Part shown: one piece after another, positions 31,681 through 32,000 of the stretch
Numbering within the stretch: position 1 is the stretch's first letter
How the letters are laid out: every line of letters starts with the position of its first letter
NCBI RefSeq assembly: GCF_000015585.1
Contig: NC_008789.1
Location: forward strand, 1,500,001-1,532,000
Reading direction: 5' to 3'
DNA length: 32,000 nt
Source: Halorhodospira halophila SL1
Lineage (GTDB): Bacteria; Pseudomonadota; Gammaproteobacteria; Nitrococcales; Halorhodospiraceae
Made by a program: the position numbers and the translations under genes
Notes under the pieces: generated by a model
The model's database searches: none
Told to the model about the DNA's origin: nothing
The model's input: the letters and a program-made list of their open reading frames with translations, nothing else

Positions 31681-32000
31681 TCGGATCAGCCATGTACTCG
31701 GCCACCTCCGGCGCCTCCGCCACACCCACGCCCTCGATCAGGTCGTCCTCGGTGTAGTCGGTGTTCGGCAGGAAGATGGCACAGACATCCACCTGAACGC
31801 CCTCGCCGATCAGGCTGCGCATCATCTGCTGCGGATTGGCGCCCGCCGGGTCCAGGGCGTCGGCCTCGTAGTCTTCCGTGGCCATCTCGGCGCCGGGGCC
31901 ACAGAGCAGGACACGCGGCTCCTGACCCTGCTGCATGCCCTGAGTCGCCAGGATCATGGCAAACCCCTGGGTCTGCACATCCTCGGAGGTCACGCTGACG
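31658..32000 (-). CDS. DsrE/DsrF-like family protein, C-terminal part (gene probably continues beyond the right edge)
   Basis: ..VTSEDVQTQGFAMILATQGMQQGQEPRVLLCGPGAEMA...GVQVDVCAIFLPN.. resembles DsrE-family small proteins. The frame stays open to the window edge. The assignment is tentative. Confidence 0.4.
   Translation of the reverse strand, partial: VSVTSEDVQTQGFAMILATQGMQQGQEPRVLLCGPGAEMATEDYEADALDPAGANPQQMMRSLIGEGVQVDVCAIFLPNTDYTEDDLIEGVGVAEAPEVAEYMADPSVRYFSN

Overview
This is a very GC-rich chromosomal segment; third codon positions are almost all G/C. All identifications come from reading the translations against remembered family motifs, and no database search was possible. I support about 31 CDS.

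Most of the window is housekeeping, with gammaproteobacterial (Pseudomonas-like) gene order:
- thrH, a phosphoesterase and hrpA on the minus strand, then yccA.
- serS, rarA, lolA and ftsK on the minus strand, with a GGDEF gene inserted between lolA and ftsK.
- aat, bpt and infA on the plus strand, facing clpA and clpS.
- aceA divergent from a LysR regulator, then mnmA, hflD and acnA.

The distinctive part is 22.2-24.9 kb:
- An LH2-type pucBA pair on the plus strand.
- A peptide deformylase paralog that starts 14 nt after the pucBA terminator hairpin.
- A convergent, orphan LH1-type beta/alpha pair on the minus strand, with a multi-hairpin 3' UTR.
- Both antenna operons are preceded by the same three-box motif in the same order and spacing.

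Antenna genes, gamma-type synteny and strongly acidic antenna extensions together suggest a halophilic purple sulfur bacterium (Ectothiorhodospiraceae, Halorhodospira-like). That assignment is inference.

The right end holds a MotY-like OmpA-family gene, a hotdog thioesterase, and a tightly coupled minus-strand operon: DsrE-like, ABC ATPase, fused FtsX permease, AttH-like lipoprotein and tandem Usp.

I recognised no rRNA, tRNA, CRISPR array, IS element, integrase or phage gene. Most long ORFs in the track that lie antisense to these genes are high-GC artefacts. Several real genes start at internal ATG/GTG/TTG codons rather than at the start of the longest ORF.
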